This document shows, in pieces, positions 38,887 through 52,719 of a DNA stretch of 64,000 bases. Location: the NCBI GenBank assembly GCA_013115145.1, contig JAAPAO010000011.1, positions 79,705 through 143,704 of the forward strand. Direction: 5' to 3'. The translations under genes were made by a program, and so were the position numbers. The notes under the pieces are model-generated. The model saw only the letters and a list, made by a program, of their open reading frames with translations. It made no database searches and was not told the origin of the DNA. The DNA is from Perkinsus chesapeaki ATCC PRA-425 (taxonomy: Eukaryota > Protista > Perkinsozoa). Numbering within the stretch: the stretch's first letter is position 1; every line of letters begins with the position of its first letter.

Positions 38887-40398
38887 TTAGTCGGCTTCAG
38901 CATGCTCCACTGTAGGGTCTAATTCTGGCAGCTCCAGTCGCTTGACCGCATCCTCCATAAGACATCGTATTTTCCTTGCTACCTGAAAGCAAGCTCCATT
39001 ACCTACATTGTAACCCGTAGTACTCTTTCCAGACTGAAGCCCATGAGAGCGCTGGTGGCCACTACAGCGTCTTTAAAACCGTCCTTAGTGAGCTCCTTAT
39101 CAATGATATCAGCAGCTGCCAGTGCGGCGTCAATGCCTGCCAAACACGTTCCCAATCCAAAACGGAAGAAAACCCTTACCAGCGCCATCGCACTTATTCA
39201 CTAATACGAGGAAAGGCCTCTGGGACATCTCCATACAGTAGAGTTGAACTTCGAGCTGAAGTGCTCTGAGGGTGCCCAGGGCCTCGTCTGGTCCTGTGGA
39301 CCCATCGACCTACAGCGCTGTTTCATTGAGCCCAACTGCCTGGGACAGGATGCTTACGACATAAATCAGGGCCGTGGTCCTTTGAATGTGGCGTAGGAAC
39401 TGGTGACCGAGACCAACATTGTCATGGGCACCCTCGACCAGACCAGGGAGGTCGGCTATAACGTAGCCTCCTATTGAAAGACGTTATCAACCACATCGCC
39501 AACAGAGACTCACCATCCTGGTCGTCAGTGAATCTTAGCGTTCCAAGATGCGGGGATAGTGTAGTGAAAGGGTAGGAGGCTACTTTGGGCCGAGCCTTGG
39601 TAAGGGCCCGCAGCAAGCTCGATTTACCTCAAGTGGACTTGGCGAATAACGCCAATGTTGCTGCTACTACCAGCATTGGGGAATCCCACCAGCCCTACGT
39701 CCGCTATGGATTTGAGCTCCAATATAAGCTGCTTAACTTCACCAGGATCCCCCACGGTGAAGTCATGGGGATGATCCAAGGCCACATTGCCATTCCCACC
39801 AGCTCCGCCAAAGGCAGCGATCTGACAGCTCATTGGTATATTCTTGGCAGAGCCGCTGAAGTTCCTACGAAGGTTTGGCCAGGTTTATTCAGGTCAGCAA
39901 GCACGACAGATTTCTCGTTCCCATCATCTGGCTCATTCGAGATGACAACACCAAGCGGGACCTTCACCACTAGCGGGCTCGCATTTTTCCCGGAAATCCT
40001 GAGCTTCTTGATACACAAAGCTCGCCCATCCCGTATATAACTTTTTATTCCTGCCTTTCCCTCCATCCATAGCCTTGGCCACGCGAGGCACGTTGGTCAG
40101 CGAGATGACGTTCGGATCTGCCTTGAAGATAACATCCCCGCCTCGCCCGCCGTTGCCACCGCTGAAGGATGGCAAATGGTACTGGTACAACACGATCTCA
40201 TTACGCAGGAACACCGGGCCCGAACAGCTTTGGGCTAACGTGTTTGATATAGGAAACGTGGCCTGCGCCGCCCTGGCCACTACGGACTTCAACACGTCTC
40301 CGGTCCACCAATCCAGCACTTAAAGCAGCGCCCGAGAAGGCCCTGTGGAGGGTAAGGGGGGACGCCCTAGTGCTGAGCCGGTATAAAATGAGGGCCAT
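38887..40398 (-). CDS. Obg-family GTPase, probably mitochondrial (MTG2/GTPBP5-like), multi-exon
   Basis: Presequence-like [22 protein letters not shown], then [46 protein letters not shown] (G1), YPFTTL (G2), [11 protein letters not shown] (G3) and NKCD (G4). The last exon ends EHAEAD*. Confidence 0.92.
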
Positions 40399-40735
40399 CC
40401 GCAATGGGACGGGAGACCATCGAGCACCAACTGGCCGCGGTATTAACTCATACTTTGAACACAAGGCACTCGATATGATATAGTGCTACTAGCAGTGACG
40501 AGAGACCTCTTTATAGAAGCCTCGAAAAAACAGCATAGTCTTTGGTGGGTATCATAGATACACGACAAGAGCAGCAGCAGTAAGCGGGAGACCAGCAGCA
40601 GATATCAACAATGTTACCGACGACGCTCCATAAGATTGTCGTCATCCAATGGTTGTTAACAGCAGCACTGCGTTGCTACTTTCCTCTTAGCAACAGCCAC
40701 CTGTACAAGCCTCCTCCTGCTCTGCACTGGCTCTC

Positions 40736-41025
40736 TTAGGAACCCATGATAATGTTGTTGATGGGGATGAACACGAGCTTGATGGTATACCCGATGAAGC
40801 CCATGATGCAGAAACCGATGAAGCAGGCAGACGCCATCTTCTTGAACTCTGAAAGATACAAGTACAGCCCCGATGGTAGTAGCCTACAACAGAACACCTA
40901 CCCTTCGCATCAGGCTTCTCGCACTTCTGGATAAGCCTTCTGGAGTCAATAGCGAATTCGCGGAGACCGGTGTTGACATATCCGATAGGGTTGGACTTGT
41001 CGTTGATGAGTTCGTTGAATCCCAT
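40736..41025 (-). CDS. SEC61G: Sec61 gamma subunit (2 exons)
   Basis: [20 protein letters not shown]|[37 protein letters not shown]. Confidence 0.95.
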
Positions 41026-41292
41026 GTGTAGATGAAAAATTCAGGAGACACTGCCAAACGGAGGATGATCGAAACCCTCGAGCCCGAAGCAACGCAAGCC
41101 TGCTAAAGTGACCAGGGTGAAGTGTATGGTATAAAAGATGTACACAACTGCAGCAGCGTCATGATGAGTGATAGGTGGAGAGCACCTTCATACCACCGCC
41201 GAATTCAAAGCATATTAATCAAATCGGTGTCCTTGTACAAAAAACGTTTCAATAGTATAAACAATTACTTCCAAGATATCGTACATGGCCAA

Positions 41293-43016
41293 TTATCGAT
41301 CTCCCCATTCGAGGTAGTCAGTACCACCGAGCCTGCTCTTCCGGCGTAGGAAGGTGATGGTAAAGACTATGGCAAATACGCCACATACAGCACCAACTGC
41401 TATATAGGCATAACCCAGTATACCGTTCTTGCCACCAGCCCAAGTGGTAGTGGCGATGACAATACTTTTAGTGCCTTGGTACTGATCTGATGGGAAGTTG
41501 TCCGACACAGTGAAACGGACGACATCGCCAGTCTGAACATGAAGCTAAATTAATAATACCACATTCCCTCCAAATCACCTTTAGATCATCATCTATTCGA
41601 GCATACATCTTTCTAAATGTGGGCAGCCCAGCCGGTCTCATCCAACCGATGAAACGGCCATTAAGCAATCCCCAGCCAGCTGGGTTGAGCTTACGCTCAT
41701 AGCCCTCAGCAGCACTACACGGGAACTCAGGATCAACACCATCAACTCCCCCAGGAACCTAAACACACCAATATGCCGCCTCAACACCATGGTCGTACTG
41801 CTTACCAAAGTGAACTTGCATGAAGCACTGTCGGTCATGTAATTGGTGCAGGCCGTGTGGTTAATAGCAGGATCAGCCGTAGCGCTCATAACATATATTT
41901 TCTTGTACTCAGAGGCATTCTGCTGAGCTTCTATCGGAACCTAATAAATAACCGCCGTCCAGTAGCAGCGACTGTTGGGTGGGGGCCTACGCAAATTTGA
42001 GGAGGCGCGTAGAAGTTGAGCCACATGTTGAGAGACACTTGGTTCTGGACGCCATCGTCGATGAACCCTTCAGGATCCAAATTGTCGTACTTGTACGTCA
42101 CATCATCCTCCCAGGCCACCACCGTATTGGTCTGAAATGAAGCCAATGAATGGGCCAACTAACGTTGAGAGCTCACCTCGGTGATGTTGTTGCTTTGCCA
42201 GACCTGAGATCCCGAGCGCTTGGTATCGATGATGTAGGAATCATTAAAAGTCGAGCGCGCGATGATTCCACACGGGTAGTTACTGAAAGCAACAAGTGCG
42301 GGGAGGAGCAGCTGTGTGGTAGACATATCACTTTCTCTCAAATGGGTCTCTCTCCCACGGGCTGCAGTCACCGTTAGCTCCTCGCTTAGTAGACACATCA
42401 CTCGGCCCTGAAAAAAGAATATAACAGAAAGAGCCCGAGATGCACCAGTCTTACGGGCTAGCTGATAGTAGTCTCGTGAAGCGATATAGCGTCTGTGATT
42501 CTGGTAGAAATTGGTGAGCTCGTAGTATCTGAAACGGTTACATTCCCACTATACAGCAACAGCAGCACTTACACATATATAGGAGCATCCATATCTTGGT
42601 CAATCTCTATCTCAACAGGAAACAGTCCTGTGGTGGAGAGATCGGTGTAGTCTCGACGGAGCTCATTGGTGCTCTTGTCAGCCTGGAGCAAGGCCACCCT
42701 CCAGCGACTTTATCCCATTCTTCTCAGAACCTACCTCGACTAGGCCTATACCAATAGCAATGAATGCCGCAGCAAATCCAACAAAGGTGGCAATGACCCA
42801 TCTGAAGGGAAGGATTGCTCAAGTAGTAGACAAATTGACAACTTACTTAGGGCTGAGCAATGGCTGCCATGCCCGCACTCTCTGCTGAATGATATCATTA
42901 TCATACTGCTTCCTAGAGTGATGCTGCTGCTGACGTTGCCTTGTCTCTGGTGGCCTTGATGAACTCTGAGGAGAAGTCGAAGCTTCGGGCGGTGCAGGAG
43001 GTGGAGGAGGAGCCAT
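41293..43016 (-). CDS. CDC50: CDC50/LEM3 family P4-ATPase flippase beta subunit, multi-exon
   Basis: IIQQRVRAWQPLLSP, YELTNFYQNHRRY, YPCGIIARSTFNDSY, FIGWMRPAGLPTFRKMY and WAGGKNGILGYAYIAVG. An alternative ATG lies at 43037. Confidence 0.93.
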
Positions 43017-43611
43017 AAAATGAACTGATACGGGCATGAAGAGAGATATCAACTCAGAGCCCTGAAGCTTTGTAGTGGCAATTTATTCACCATAAAGGGT
43101 AAAACAGCGCAATCATTATTATTATCATCGGCCTCCTCATCACCTTGTCGTTGTTGTTGTAGTAGTAGACTGTTGTACCACAAGCCCAATCTCACGATCT
43201 GCAAGGATAGACTATCCTACACAGTAACATAATAACAATCAACCAACAGCAGCAGCAGCAGCAGCAGTGATAGCAATGCGCCTTAAGGATCTCAATATGA
43301 AGAGGAAGAGCAAGTGTAATGGCAATGTGGCAGCGGCAGCAGCAGTCGTAGAAAAGGAAGGACAATGTCATATATCAGCAGCCTTAATCGATAAAAATGA
43401 CCAGACTTGATAGTAATGACAAACGGAGAATGAAAAGCTGTTATTCATGCGAGCGCCGGCGGCGGCAAATGGTTACCCAATGTGTAGCCGTTGAAGATAG
43501 TACACTGTAATGCCGTCATCAGAAGGCAAGGTATGGCAAGTGTTAATAGGATTCGAGCTCTCACCACATCACAAGTCGATCACTATAAGACTTGTTGTCG
43601 GCGTTACAAGC

Positions 43612-44696
43612 CTATGCGTTCTGACCGGCGGCGGTGGCATCGCCACCAATATCGTCGTCGTCACCATCATCGGTCTTGCTCTTGAGGGAGAGCTCCAATG
43701 GAACATGAGATGGGTCCTTGGTGAAGTACTCAAACGACATGCTTGTGGGATGCCGCCGATTCAAAGCTTGCTCTCGCTGTTGCTGATTCTCATCCGAGTT
43801 CTCCTCACCAGACGAGGTCAACGGCGCAAAGAGGGGCCTGACATTAATAACGACGCCATAACACAACTAGCGCGGTTTTCACTTTAGGCTGCTTACGCAA
43901 TAGCCCCTTTAAACAAATGCCCCAACCGAAGGACCTCATCCTTATTGGATGTCCCTATCCACAACGCTAATCGTATGTTATACTTTCGCACTGAGCATAC
44001 TGCGCCACATACTGCATCAACACCAGTTCCCCGATTGGGAAAAGTGCCTCCAATCAGTGATAATAACATATTTAACCACGACTCATCGATACTCTGAAAA
44101 CGGCCAACAATCATATAGACAACAACGCGTAGCTGAAGCATACCTCCTTTTGTTGCCCTGAGCCCGCGCCACGTTTAACTGGTCGATCAACAGATACCAT
44201 CCATCTGCCTCCCTTTGCACATGTCTCATCCTCCCACATCGGGGCAATGCCTTGCCGGAATACACTATAATCAGCATAGGTCAGTCGACTTGGCGGAGAT
44301 ACGTTATTAAAGACCCGCCAAAAGTCCTCTACAGTGCTAAAATCGAGTACTCGCTTTTGTGTGCCCTTCCAGTTGTCCTTCTTATCCTACAATGAAGGCA
44401 CTGAGACCGTACGACTACACAATTGCCGGTACCTTGGTCTGAGCCTGATACATAAGCCAGAAGCTCCACGTATGCTCTAACGGATGAGGCTTATTAGAGG
44501 GGGGAGGGGCTGTCCCACTGCTACTCGAACATGCCTCGAAATCAGCAGCGTCATCATCAGCAGCAGCCTCGGAATTATTGCTAATTGATGCACCGGACTC
44601 TTCCGGTAGCCTATGTAAAGATGAGTGTTCCATCCCCACATTCGATGGGGTAATGGTACCAGTACCAGACATTGCCTCGGAAACTTCTCTATTCAT
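43612..44696 (-). CDS. eIF4E: Translation initiation factor eIF4E family member (4 exons)
   Basis: HPLEHTWSFW, DNWKG, TVEDFWRVFNN, PMWEDETCAKGGRW, WLNMLLSLIG and CGAVCSVRKYNIRLALW. Trp is present at the positions equivalent to W43, W56, W73 and W102. Confidence 0.94.
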
Positions 44697-45635
44697 ACTG
44701 CATAAGATACATCATCAACGCGCGTCCCAAAAAGGTTCCAAAGGTAGCCACGATCGCTGCATGGCGCACGCCCATGGGATCTATTCCCCTTTTTCAGGCG
44801 AGCGCAAGTTGCCAAGGCGGAGCGATACTGTTACATGTTTGCGAAAAATGCCTTTGACGAATCGGTCGCATTGAAAGGCAGTGAAATTGGCATTTTATTG
44901 TCGCTGGATGTGTTTGGTTGCGTCAAACTGTTTCAAGGTACTATGCTTCTGGTTAAAGAATTAACCTCTGAAGTACTTCTGTCGAAAATCGCATAACGGC
45001 ATCTTTCACTTCAAATTTTTTCCACTTGTTTTGTTTTTGGAACTACAGAACCCTTCAAAATGGTTTTTCTTACATATCCCAATAGCAAACCTCATCGAAG
45101 CCTCTCAATCGATAGGAGATCCTTTAACTACTGTAGTGCGGACGTGTACGGTGGGTTATCCAGTAATTTTGGCAAGTAAACAGAAGTTTTGGTATGATTT
45201 TCTAGACTGCGCAGGATCTTTTGGGCCAATAAAATCCCTTAATGTACATTAATCAGCCCCTTGTTGATTTTTCCTCAGTGTCATTGCTCACCTCCTATCC
45301 CCATATGCCCTCATACCACACAGTTGCACCTAGTTCAGAGACTTCTCCTGAAAGCATTACGGTATAGATAGTGTTTGGACATGGCAGGTGATGTAGTAAT
45401 AAAAGGATAGGCTTCGGATTAGCGTATATTTACATCGCTTGAACACCTCTTTGTATTTCCATATTCCTACAGCTGGCTTCTGGCCACTCTTGACCGTTTA
45501 AAAAATGGCATTTTCCCAAGATTCACCGCGTTCTCTAATTTGACTATTGCTGGACTTTATGTGATCATGATAAGTAACCACAGTTTGAGTTGCTGAAACA
45601 GTGTGGAGTTGACTAGAGGGTAAAATACCGGTTTT

Positions 45636-48600
45636 ATGTATCATCGTCAGCCTTTCTTCGGCCGCCTCTCAATAGTGTCTATGGCACAATCGACGGCAAC
45701 GGCGGCCAGCCATCACAGGCGGAAACGTCCTCGGCAGAGCTCGGGGGCTGGTGGCAGTACCACAATTAGAACGGTGAAGGATATGCCTACAGTGGAGATG
45801 AGAGAGGCTTTGAATCGAGATACGGAGATGGGCAGAGTACTGCTGGAACGTGGTTATTTGGGCTCCAAGTTGTACAACGGTCCTGATATCACTACAGGGC
45901 TATTGCCTGGACGACATGACCAGATCCTAGCTGAGATGAAGTGGGTACAAGCAGATGTAGCAGGTTTGAGGGATCTTAAGCAAGCTCAATGTCGACGGGT
46001 GGCATCAGCGGTAAAGGAGTATTGGCGTGTACGTACAAAACAGCAGGAGCATGGCGGTGGCAAACATGTGAGGTTGGATAGGAAAGGTGGTGAAGTGAAG
46101 GAACAATTGCAGAGAGCAGCAGGCAGCATAGCTGCAAATAGCAGCAGTGCCCCTACGTCATCGCCAAACGTCGACACTGTTATGGAGGAACCTGATGAGA
46201 TTACGGTATCTTCAGATGAGGCGGAGTCGCAGTTCTCGAATGCTGCTGAGGCGAGGGCTAGTATTGATCCATTGCGTGATATAATAGACCGTCTTAATGA
46301 TTCTTCAGCGGTATGGATGTCGGACAAAGGCCCTCCTATAAAGTCGACTGGTGGCAGTAGTAGCAGCAGCAGTGCAGTTGGCCCTAACGGCATCGGCAGC
46401 AGTCCGCCAGGTGGGGTACCTATTGGCGATGAGGTTGTCTGCAGCACGGTCTTCGTGCCTGGTGTGGTCGACTATCCTAAGCCCGGTGCTGAACCACGGT
46501 TGCGTATGAGTGAGCTTCTCAGCAACCAACGTACTCTCTTGCATGAGATGCAGTTTTCCGAGGCGGCACGGGCGCGGCTACCAGCATTGTTCACTGCAAT
46601 GGTGAGGGAGATGTCAACTCATCCTGTTGGTGGTGATCAGGACTCAGTGGTAAGGACACCGAGGAGTACTACATCTGCAGTTGCCAAGGCGAAGGCTCGT
46701 GGACGCAAGGGGGCAGCTGGTCAGCAACCACAGTATGCTGTGATGACGGTTACACAGGCCTGGGAGGAGAAGGAAAACCTGTTCCTTCTGGCTGCTCTCG
46801 CACGGTCATTACCTCGGTGCTTCAACCACAAGAGCTCATCGACTTATTTTATGGTCGAGCGGCGTAGAGAGGCTCTTCGTGGCAGTGTTGCTGCCAACCT
46901 CCAGGATGAGTCCTTGGATCTGGCTAGCGGCCTACTGCATGGTGTGAACTGGCGGTCGGTGGAAATTGGTATGAGGTGCGCTTCGGAGGGCATGGCGGCC
47001 CAGGACAAGCTACGGTCGCATCTGGCATGTGCTAGAAGGGCCAATGAGATGCTGACGGAGCGGCCCATGCTGCCTCCTCCCGGCACAAGATGGCGAGGCT
47101 CACTGCCTGGCATGGTTGGTGATAGATCCAGGCAAATTGGGGCGCCATGTGAAGTGGCTCCTGTCGAGGAGGACGATGAGGCAGAGGCGCAAAGAGCTGG
47201 TGTGGAGGAGGCTATACGAGAGATAGAGGACGGAGTTTTTGAAAAGTCAATACAATCTCAAGAAGATGCTTTACTTTTATTTCATTATCGTCGCGGACTT
47301 ACTACCCCTACGTTCGCCGCATACTGCCCTCGGAAACTGGGTATCACCAAGGGTACCGCCGGCCCGCAGCAGCATCGGGGTAGGTCGGTGAAGCTGCCAC
47401 TGGCCTCGCAATGGAGGCTTCCACGTGCGCGGAAATGTATAAGAAAAGCCTCCTGCAGCGGGGCACCGCCGCCGTCGGACAGGAAGAGGCGGAGATTGCC
47501 TAGCGCTGTTGCGAGATCCTCTATGGCTACCTCTCGTTTGGCCTCCCCAGTGAGCTTCTCAGAATCTTTGAAGTCCTGGGATGAGTACATAGCAACAGTG
47601 AGCCACCAAAGCTCCTGCCGCTGGTTGACTAATGCGGTGACGTCACTTGGTACAGCCCATCGGCGTCGTGCGACAGAGTGTCAAGAAGGCCGAGTTTTCC
47701 AATGGGAATCTCCTCCACCTGGTGCGGCAGCATCACCGTTGGCTCTGAGGAATGCGCACGCCAATGCGCTTGTTGCACTCCAGCGCTACTCCGCGTCCTA
47801 CAACAACGGTGTCCCTGCGGCCCAACCGACATCCTGCATCGGCCCGGAGGCGCTGAAGCTGCTGACTCATGCCACACACAAGCTGAAGGAGCAAATGCCT
47901 GATAATGGTGCTGGAGTGGAGGTACGGTTAGAATGGAGAAGAGACCTCGGTTTGAGGCCATCGTTATCTTTTCAGGTGGCCCCAGCAAAGCAAGTGATCC
48001 CTGAGAACTGCCGTCGAACGAAGATAGTGCCGAACAGCATGGCAGGTGGTCGACCGGGAACTGCAACTGCCGGCCCGACTATGATGGGAGCGAAGGCAGC
48101 AGCAGCACCACAGCATATGGTGCCTACAGCAATGTCCAAACAAGGCGGCATGGTCATGCCAACACCGAAGGCCCTTCATCCAGGAGGTGGATATCAGAAT
48201 TTAGCCCAAGGGGGGACAGCAACGCAAAGCCAGCAGCAGCAGCAGCCTCAACATCTGGCCCAGTTGCTGCAGATTAGGAATGCAGCAGCAGCGGCTGCCG
48301 CGGCCGCTGCAGCGGCCAATCAGCATGGTAACCCTTCATCACAGCAAGCTCAGCAACAACAACAACAACAAATGCAGCAGTACCTCATGGCCAAGCGAGG
48401 ACAGATGCAACAACCGCCTGCCGGAGTCTATCAAAAACCGCAACAACAAGCAGTCTTCGGGAAGGCACCAAATGCTCAGAGAGTTTCCCCGGGCGGTGGT
48501 GCGGGAATGGGGTCAACTGCAGCGATGCCGAAGGTGTCTCCGGCAACGATGCAAAGTTTGTTGCAATCAATGCTTACCCAACAGGTCGCCCAACGTGCAA

Positions 48601-49187
48601 CACCGCCGCTCACCTCGACATCCTCACCATCCCCTCAAGGCCATCAACCCCCACCGATGCCTGCGAGCAATTCGGCAGTAGCTATGAACAGAGCCAACCT
48701 TGGCAATATACAGCAGCTCTATCAGAGCTTGCTGGCGCAGTTCACTCATGGTTCCGTTGGAATGCGACGTCCAGGGGTGGGAGCGCCGCCGCCACAGTCA
48801 GGCGGTGGGGCTGGTGGGTCGAATGTTGGTATGGGTCCTGGAAGCAATGCGATGCCGGCTATTCAGAACATGCTCCAGAGTATAATAGCCAACGCTCATC
48901 AACCACAATACGGTGTTGCTACCCCTAAGGGGGCTCAAGCGGGGATGCGCCCAACGTCTGCCTCGACAGCAGCACCGCCCTCTCTACAGCAGCAACAACA
49001 ACGGTCGCCTTATCAGCAGCTCTACTTCGCCAATGCAGCAGCAGCAGCTGGTGGTGGTGCTTCTGTATTACCTAAAGCAGCATCACCCACCCCAAAGGCA
49101 CCGACACCAGCGACAACGACTCCTACCGCTGCAGCCGGTCCTGCCTCTGGCAGTCGTCCCGGTGGACACACTGGAAGTGGTGGATAA
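45636..49187 (+). CDS. EAF1/Vid21-like NuA4 scaffold protein (HSA + SANT-like + Q/A-rich tail), intronless
   Basis: HSA-like ILAEMKWVQADVAGLRDLKQAQCRRVASAVKEYW, SANT-like AWEEKENLFLL...VNWRSV, and a polyQ/polyA C-terminus. The ORF is 1183 aa. Confidence 0.62.
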   Translation: MYHRQPFFGRLSIVSMAQSTATAASHHRRKRPRQSSGAGGSTTIRTVKDMPTVEMREALNRDTEMGRVLLERGYLGSKLYNGPDITTGLLPGRHDQILAEMKWVQADVAGLRDLKQAQCRRVASAVKEYWRVRTKQQEHGGGKHVRLDRKGGEVKEQLQRAAGSIAANSSSAPTSSPNVDTVMEEPDEITVSSDEAESQFSNAAEARASIDPLRDIIDRLNDSSAVWMSDKGPPIKSTGGSSSSSSAVGPNGIGSSPPGGVPIGDEVVCSTVFVPGVVDYPKPGAEPRLRMSELLSNQRTLLHEMQFSEAARARLPALFTAMVREMSTHPVGGDQDSVVRTPRSTTSAVAKAKARGRKGAAGQQPQYAVMTVTQAWEEKENLFLLAALARSLPRCFNHKSSSTYFMVERRREALRGSVAANLQDESLDLASGLLHGVNWRSVEIGMRCASEGMAAQDKLRSHLACARRANEMLTERPMLPPPGTRWRGSLPGMVGDRSRQIGAPCEVAPVEEDDEAEAQRAGVEEAIREIEDGVFEKSIQSQEDALLLFHYRRGLTTPTFAAYCPRKLGITKGTAGPQQHRGRSVKLPLASQWRLPRARKCIRKASCSGAPPPSDRKRRRLPSAVARSSMATSRLASPVSFSESLKSWDEYIATVSHQSSCRWLTNAVTSLGTAHRRRATECQEGRVFQWESPPPGAAASPLALRNAHANALVALQRYSASYNNGVPAAQPTSCIGPEALKLLTHATHKLKEQMPDNGAGVEVRLEWRRDLGLRPSLSFQVAPAKQVIPENCRRTKIVPNSMAGGRPGTATAGPTMMGAKAAAAPQHMVPTAMSKQGGMVMPTPKALHPGGGYQNLAQGGTATQSQQQQQPQHLAQLLQIRNAAAAAAAAAAAANQHGNPSSQQAQQQQQQQMQQYLMAKRGQMQQPPAGVYQKPQQQAVFGKAPNAQRVSPGGGAGMGSTAAMPKVSPATMQSLLQSMLTQQVAQRATPPLTSTSSPSPQGHQPPPMPASNSAVAMNRANLGNIQQLYQSLLAQFTHGSVGMRRPGVGAPPPQSGGGAGGSNVGMGPGSNAMPAIQNMLQSIIANAHQPQYGVATPKGAQAGMRPTSASTAAPPSLQQQQQRSPYQQLYFANAAAAAGGGASVLPKAASPTPKAPTPATTTPTAAAGPASGSRPGGHTGSGG

Positions 49188-49805
49188 TGGTGTACCATAT
49201 ATCTTCGTGCTTAGCGTTTGCATGTTTGTTGAATATTAATAATGTGGTCCTCTCGAACGATTGCTTGCTGATCGCCTCCTCCTCCTCCTCGTCATCATTA
49301 TCGTCGTCGTCGCAGTACTCTCTGTTACCTCCACCATTGCTGCCTTCGTCCTGTGCTGAGCCTCCTCTCTTTGCCATATTGTAACATTGCAGTACTCTAT
49401 TAATAATATCTTTAGCTAACCTATATCATAGAGCAGAAAAACAGTAATACTTGTTGCGTTACAACAACCATCATCGCCCTTCAGCAGCAGGACTCTCGCC
49501 GCGCCCAAGTGTGTTGACATTCTTGTGCACGCGTGCAAGTTGTGCTCACTCCGAAGAATTTAGCCTACTCGTAGCTCTTAACGTATTAAGTCGCGCTTTA
49601 TCAGGGCATGAACTCTGTGCATAGTATATAGTTCATAACGCTGTCGTTCGGCTTTGGTACTCTGTAGTCCATAACTGCTCCTTGCTGGGGTACTTCAAGG
49701 CAAGGTATTCAACAGACCACCATCGTGTCACACATCTTCGCGACAGCCATTGTCTCCACTTCCCTTTGCAGTTGGGCATCCTCTTCTTGTTCTTCGTCTA
49801 ACACC

Positions 49806-51326
49806 ATGGAACACGTTATCGTCGTTGGTGGAGGCCTCGCTGGCCTCTCGGCCGCTCACACCGTCCTTGAGCGTGGTGGTCGCGTTATTCTCCTCGACAA
49901 AATGTCTTTTTGTGGTGGTAACTCTACCAAAGCTACCTCCGGCATTAATGGAGCTCTAACGGCCACTCAGAGGAAGCAGGGAATTCCTGACAGTCCGGAG
50001 CTGTTTGAGAAGGACTCCCTCAGAGGCGGTGCTGAGAGGCCTGATCTCATCAAGGTCTTGACCCACGAGAGCGCCGATGGTGTTGACTGGCTCATTGACA
50101 GATTCGGCCTCGATCTGTCCCTTCTGTCCAGGTTAGGTGGCCACTCTATGCAGAGAACTCACCGTGGTAAGGCACGCTTCCCGGGCATGACAATCACTTA
50201 TGCTTTAATGGAGAAGCTGGAGGAGATCTGCGAGAAGGAGCCCGATCGCGCTAAGATGCTCTTGAAGGCCAGAGTGGATAAGTTGCTCACTGACGCATCT
50301 GGCGAGGTCGTCGGTTGCGAGTACGTTAAAGACGGTAAGACTCATCAGCTCTTCGGTGCAGTCGTGTTGGCCACTGGTGGTTTTGGTGCTGACTTCACTG
50401 AAGGGTCCTTGCTGAAGCAGCATAGGCCAGACCTTGCCCATCTCCCTACCACTAACGGCGAGCACACTACTGGTGATGGTATTAAGATGGCCCAAGCTAT
50501 CGGCGGTGAGACTGTCGATTTGGAGTGGGTTCAGGTAAGCAATGCTAGCTGTCCTCGTTTAATTTGACCAATTTGATCTTAGGTTCATCCAACTGGTTTA
50601 GTCCATCCTGATGAGCCCGACAACAAGGTTAAGTTCTTGGCCGCTGAGGCCCTTCGTGGAGTTGGTGGTCTTCTTATCGATGCTGATGGAAGGCGCTTCT
50701 GTAACGAGCTTGGGCGCAGAGACTACGTCACCGGTGAAATGTGGAAGAACAAGGGACCTTTCCGTCTGCTGCTCAACTCGAAGGCATCCAAGGAGATCGA
50801 GTGGCATTGCAAGCATTACAAGGGCAGAGGCCTCATGAAGTTCTACAAGTCCGGCCGTGATCTCTGCGCCGATGTTGGCATCGATCCTAAGGTGCTAGAG
50901 GACAGCTTCAGAGTCAACAACGAATGTGCCACGAAGATGGCCCAGGACCCGGAGGGCGGCAGCTACCCAGCTTACCCAAGTGGCAAGAGCTACGATAAAT
51001 GGGGGAAGAAGTTCTATCACAACACTCCCACCGATATCAACGATTCCTTCCATGTTGCCATTGTCACTCCAGTGATCCATTACTGCATGGGAGGCTTGAA
51101 GGTCGATACCGAGGCTCGTGTCGTCAGACAAGGCAAGCCTATTGAAGGTCTTTTCGGTGCTGGTGAGGTTAACGGTGGTATCCACGGCAAGAACCGTCTT
51201 GGTGGCAGCTCTCTGTTGGACTGTGTTGTATTCGGTCGTGTTGCGGGTAGATCAGCTAGTCGCCACATGCAGGACACCAATGTGAAGATTGTCGCTGGGC
51301 GTGGCTTGGCCAGATCGAGACTCTAG
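49806..51326 (+). CDS. Soluble fumarate reductase flavoprotein (Osm1/Frd1, flavocytochrome-c flavin-domain type); one intron at 50535-50582
   Basis: VIVVGGGLAG (FAD binding), GGNSTKATSGIN, GGHSMQRTH, VQ|VHPTG, AEALRG, ELGRRD, HYCMGG and NRLGGSSLLDCVVFGR. Confidence 0.93.
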
Positions 51327-51714
51327 ACCGTATCGTGGTGCACTCTAATGATTTGTTTTAAATGATAATAGCGTTTAGGCACTCTAGACGTTTGTTGGTA
51401 GTATCAGTATTATGTCATTGAGGAAGTGTTATTTATGAAGGCGTAGGTAGTTGAATGTTATTCTCGTGACCATTGGAAAGGAGGACAAATCTTTTTTTCA
51501 TATTAGTGGTGGTGTAAACCAGCCTCCTGTACAACACTGTTGTTGTGTTATGCAGTGCGGGGCTAGAACACGGGCAGTTTTTCTCATGGCTCTAGCTTGC
51601 GCGAGCAGAGCCTTCGGGGTGCACCGCAAAGGTACCCCTTCCAGTGGCGCTGTAGTGTAGACGTGTAATTCAGTTTTTTTACCTCAACTTAACTCCTGGA
51701 CAAGGTTTAGGCAA

Positions 51715-52208
<494 letters not shown>

Positions 52209-52719
52209 TAATCTATTCCTCTCGAATATGTCATTTCTACACTTGTTCGATACTCTTGAGTTAGTAAAAGATACGCAAAACCATCGTTGACATTACAATC
52301 GTAAATGATACAGCGTGCAACTCGTAAAAAGATTCGTCCTAGCCGCAGTAGTTCTTCAGTGGCCTGAGGTGTAGTAAGAGAGTTATCTAGTAATGTCTGT
52401 AAGTCCGAAGGTGCGACTCCGTGATCGTGACAGGTCGGTCACATATCACTTCATGTCACAACATCTTTCGATGAAGTCACTCTTTCTGTCCCGGGTAACA
52501 TCGACGTCTATTAGCACCCCCTCAACTGAATGCCGCAGTGTGGTAGCCACACTTTTCTATGTTATTTTTACACTGCCATTCCGGTTACACGGAGCTCGGG
52601 CATTCGCGTGTTACCTATTTCAGTCGTTGGTACAGTTACAACTCAACAACATCAGGCTTAGATTGCAGTAATAATTATTTGAATGTGAAGATATTAGACA
52701 TCCTCCCTGCTCGTGTATC

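Noticed and set aside
49123-49377. Acidic minus-strand ORF overlapping the EAF1 3' end
   Set aside because: It derives from trinucleotide low-complexity sequence, like the tracts near 3420 and 43130-43270, and has no family signal.
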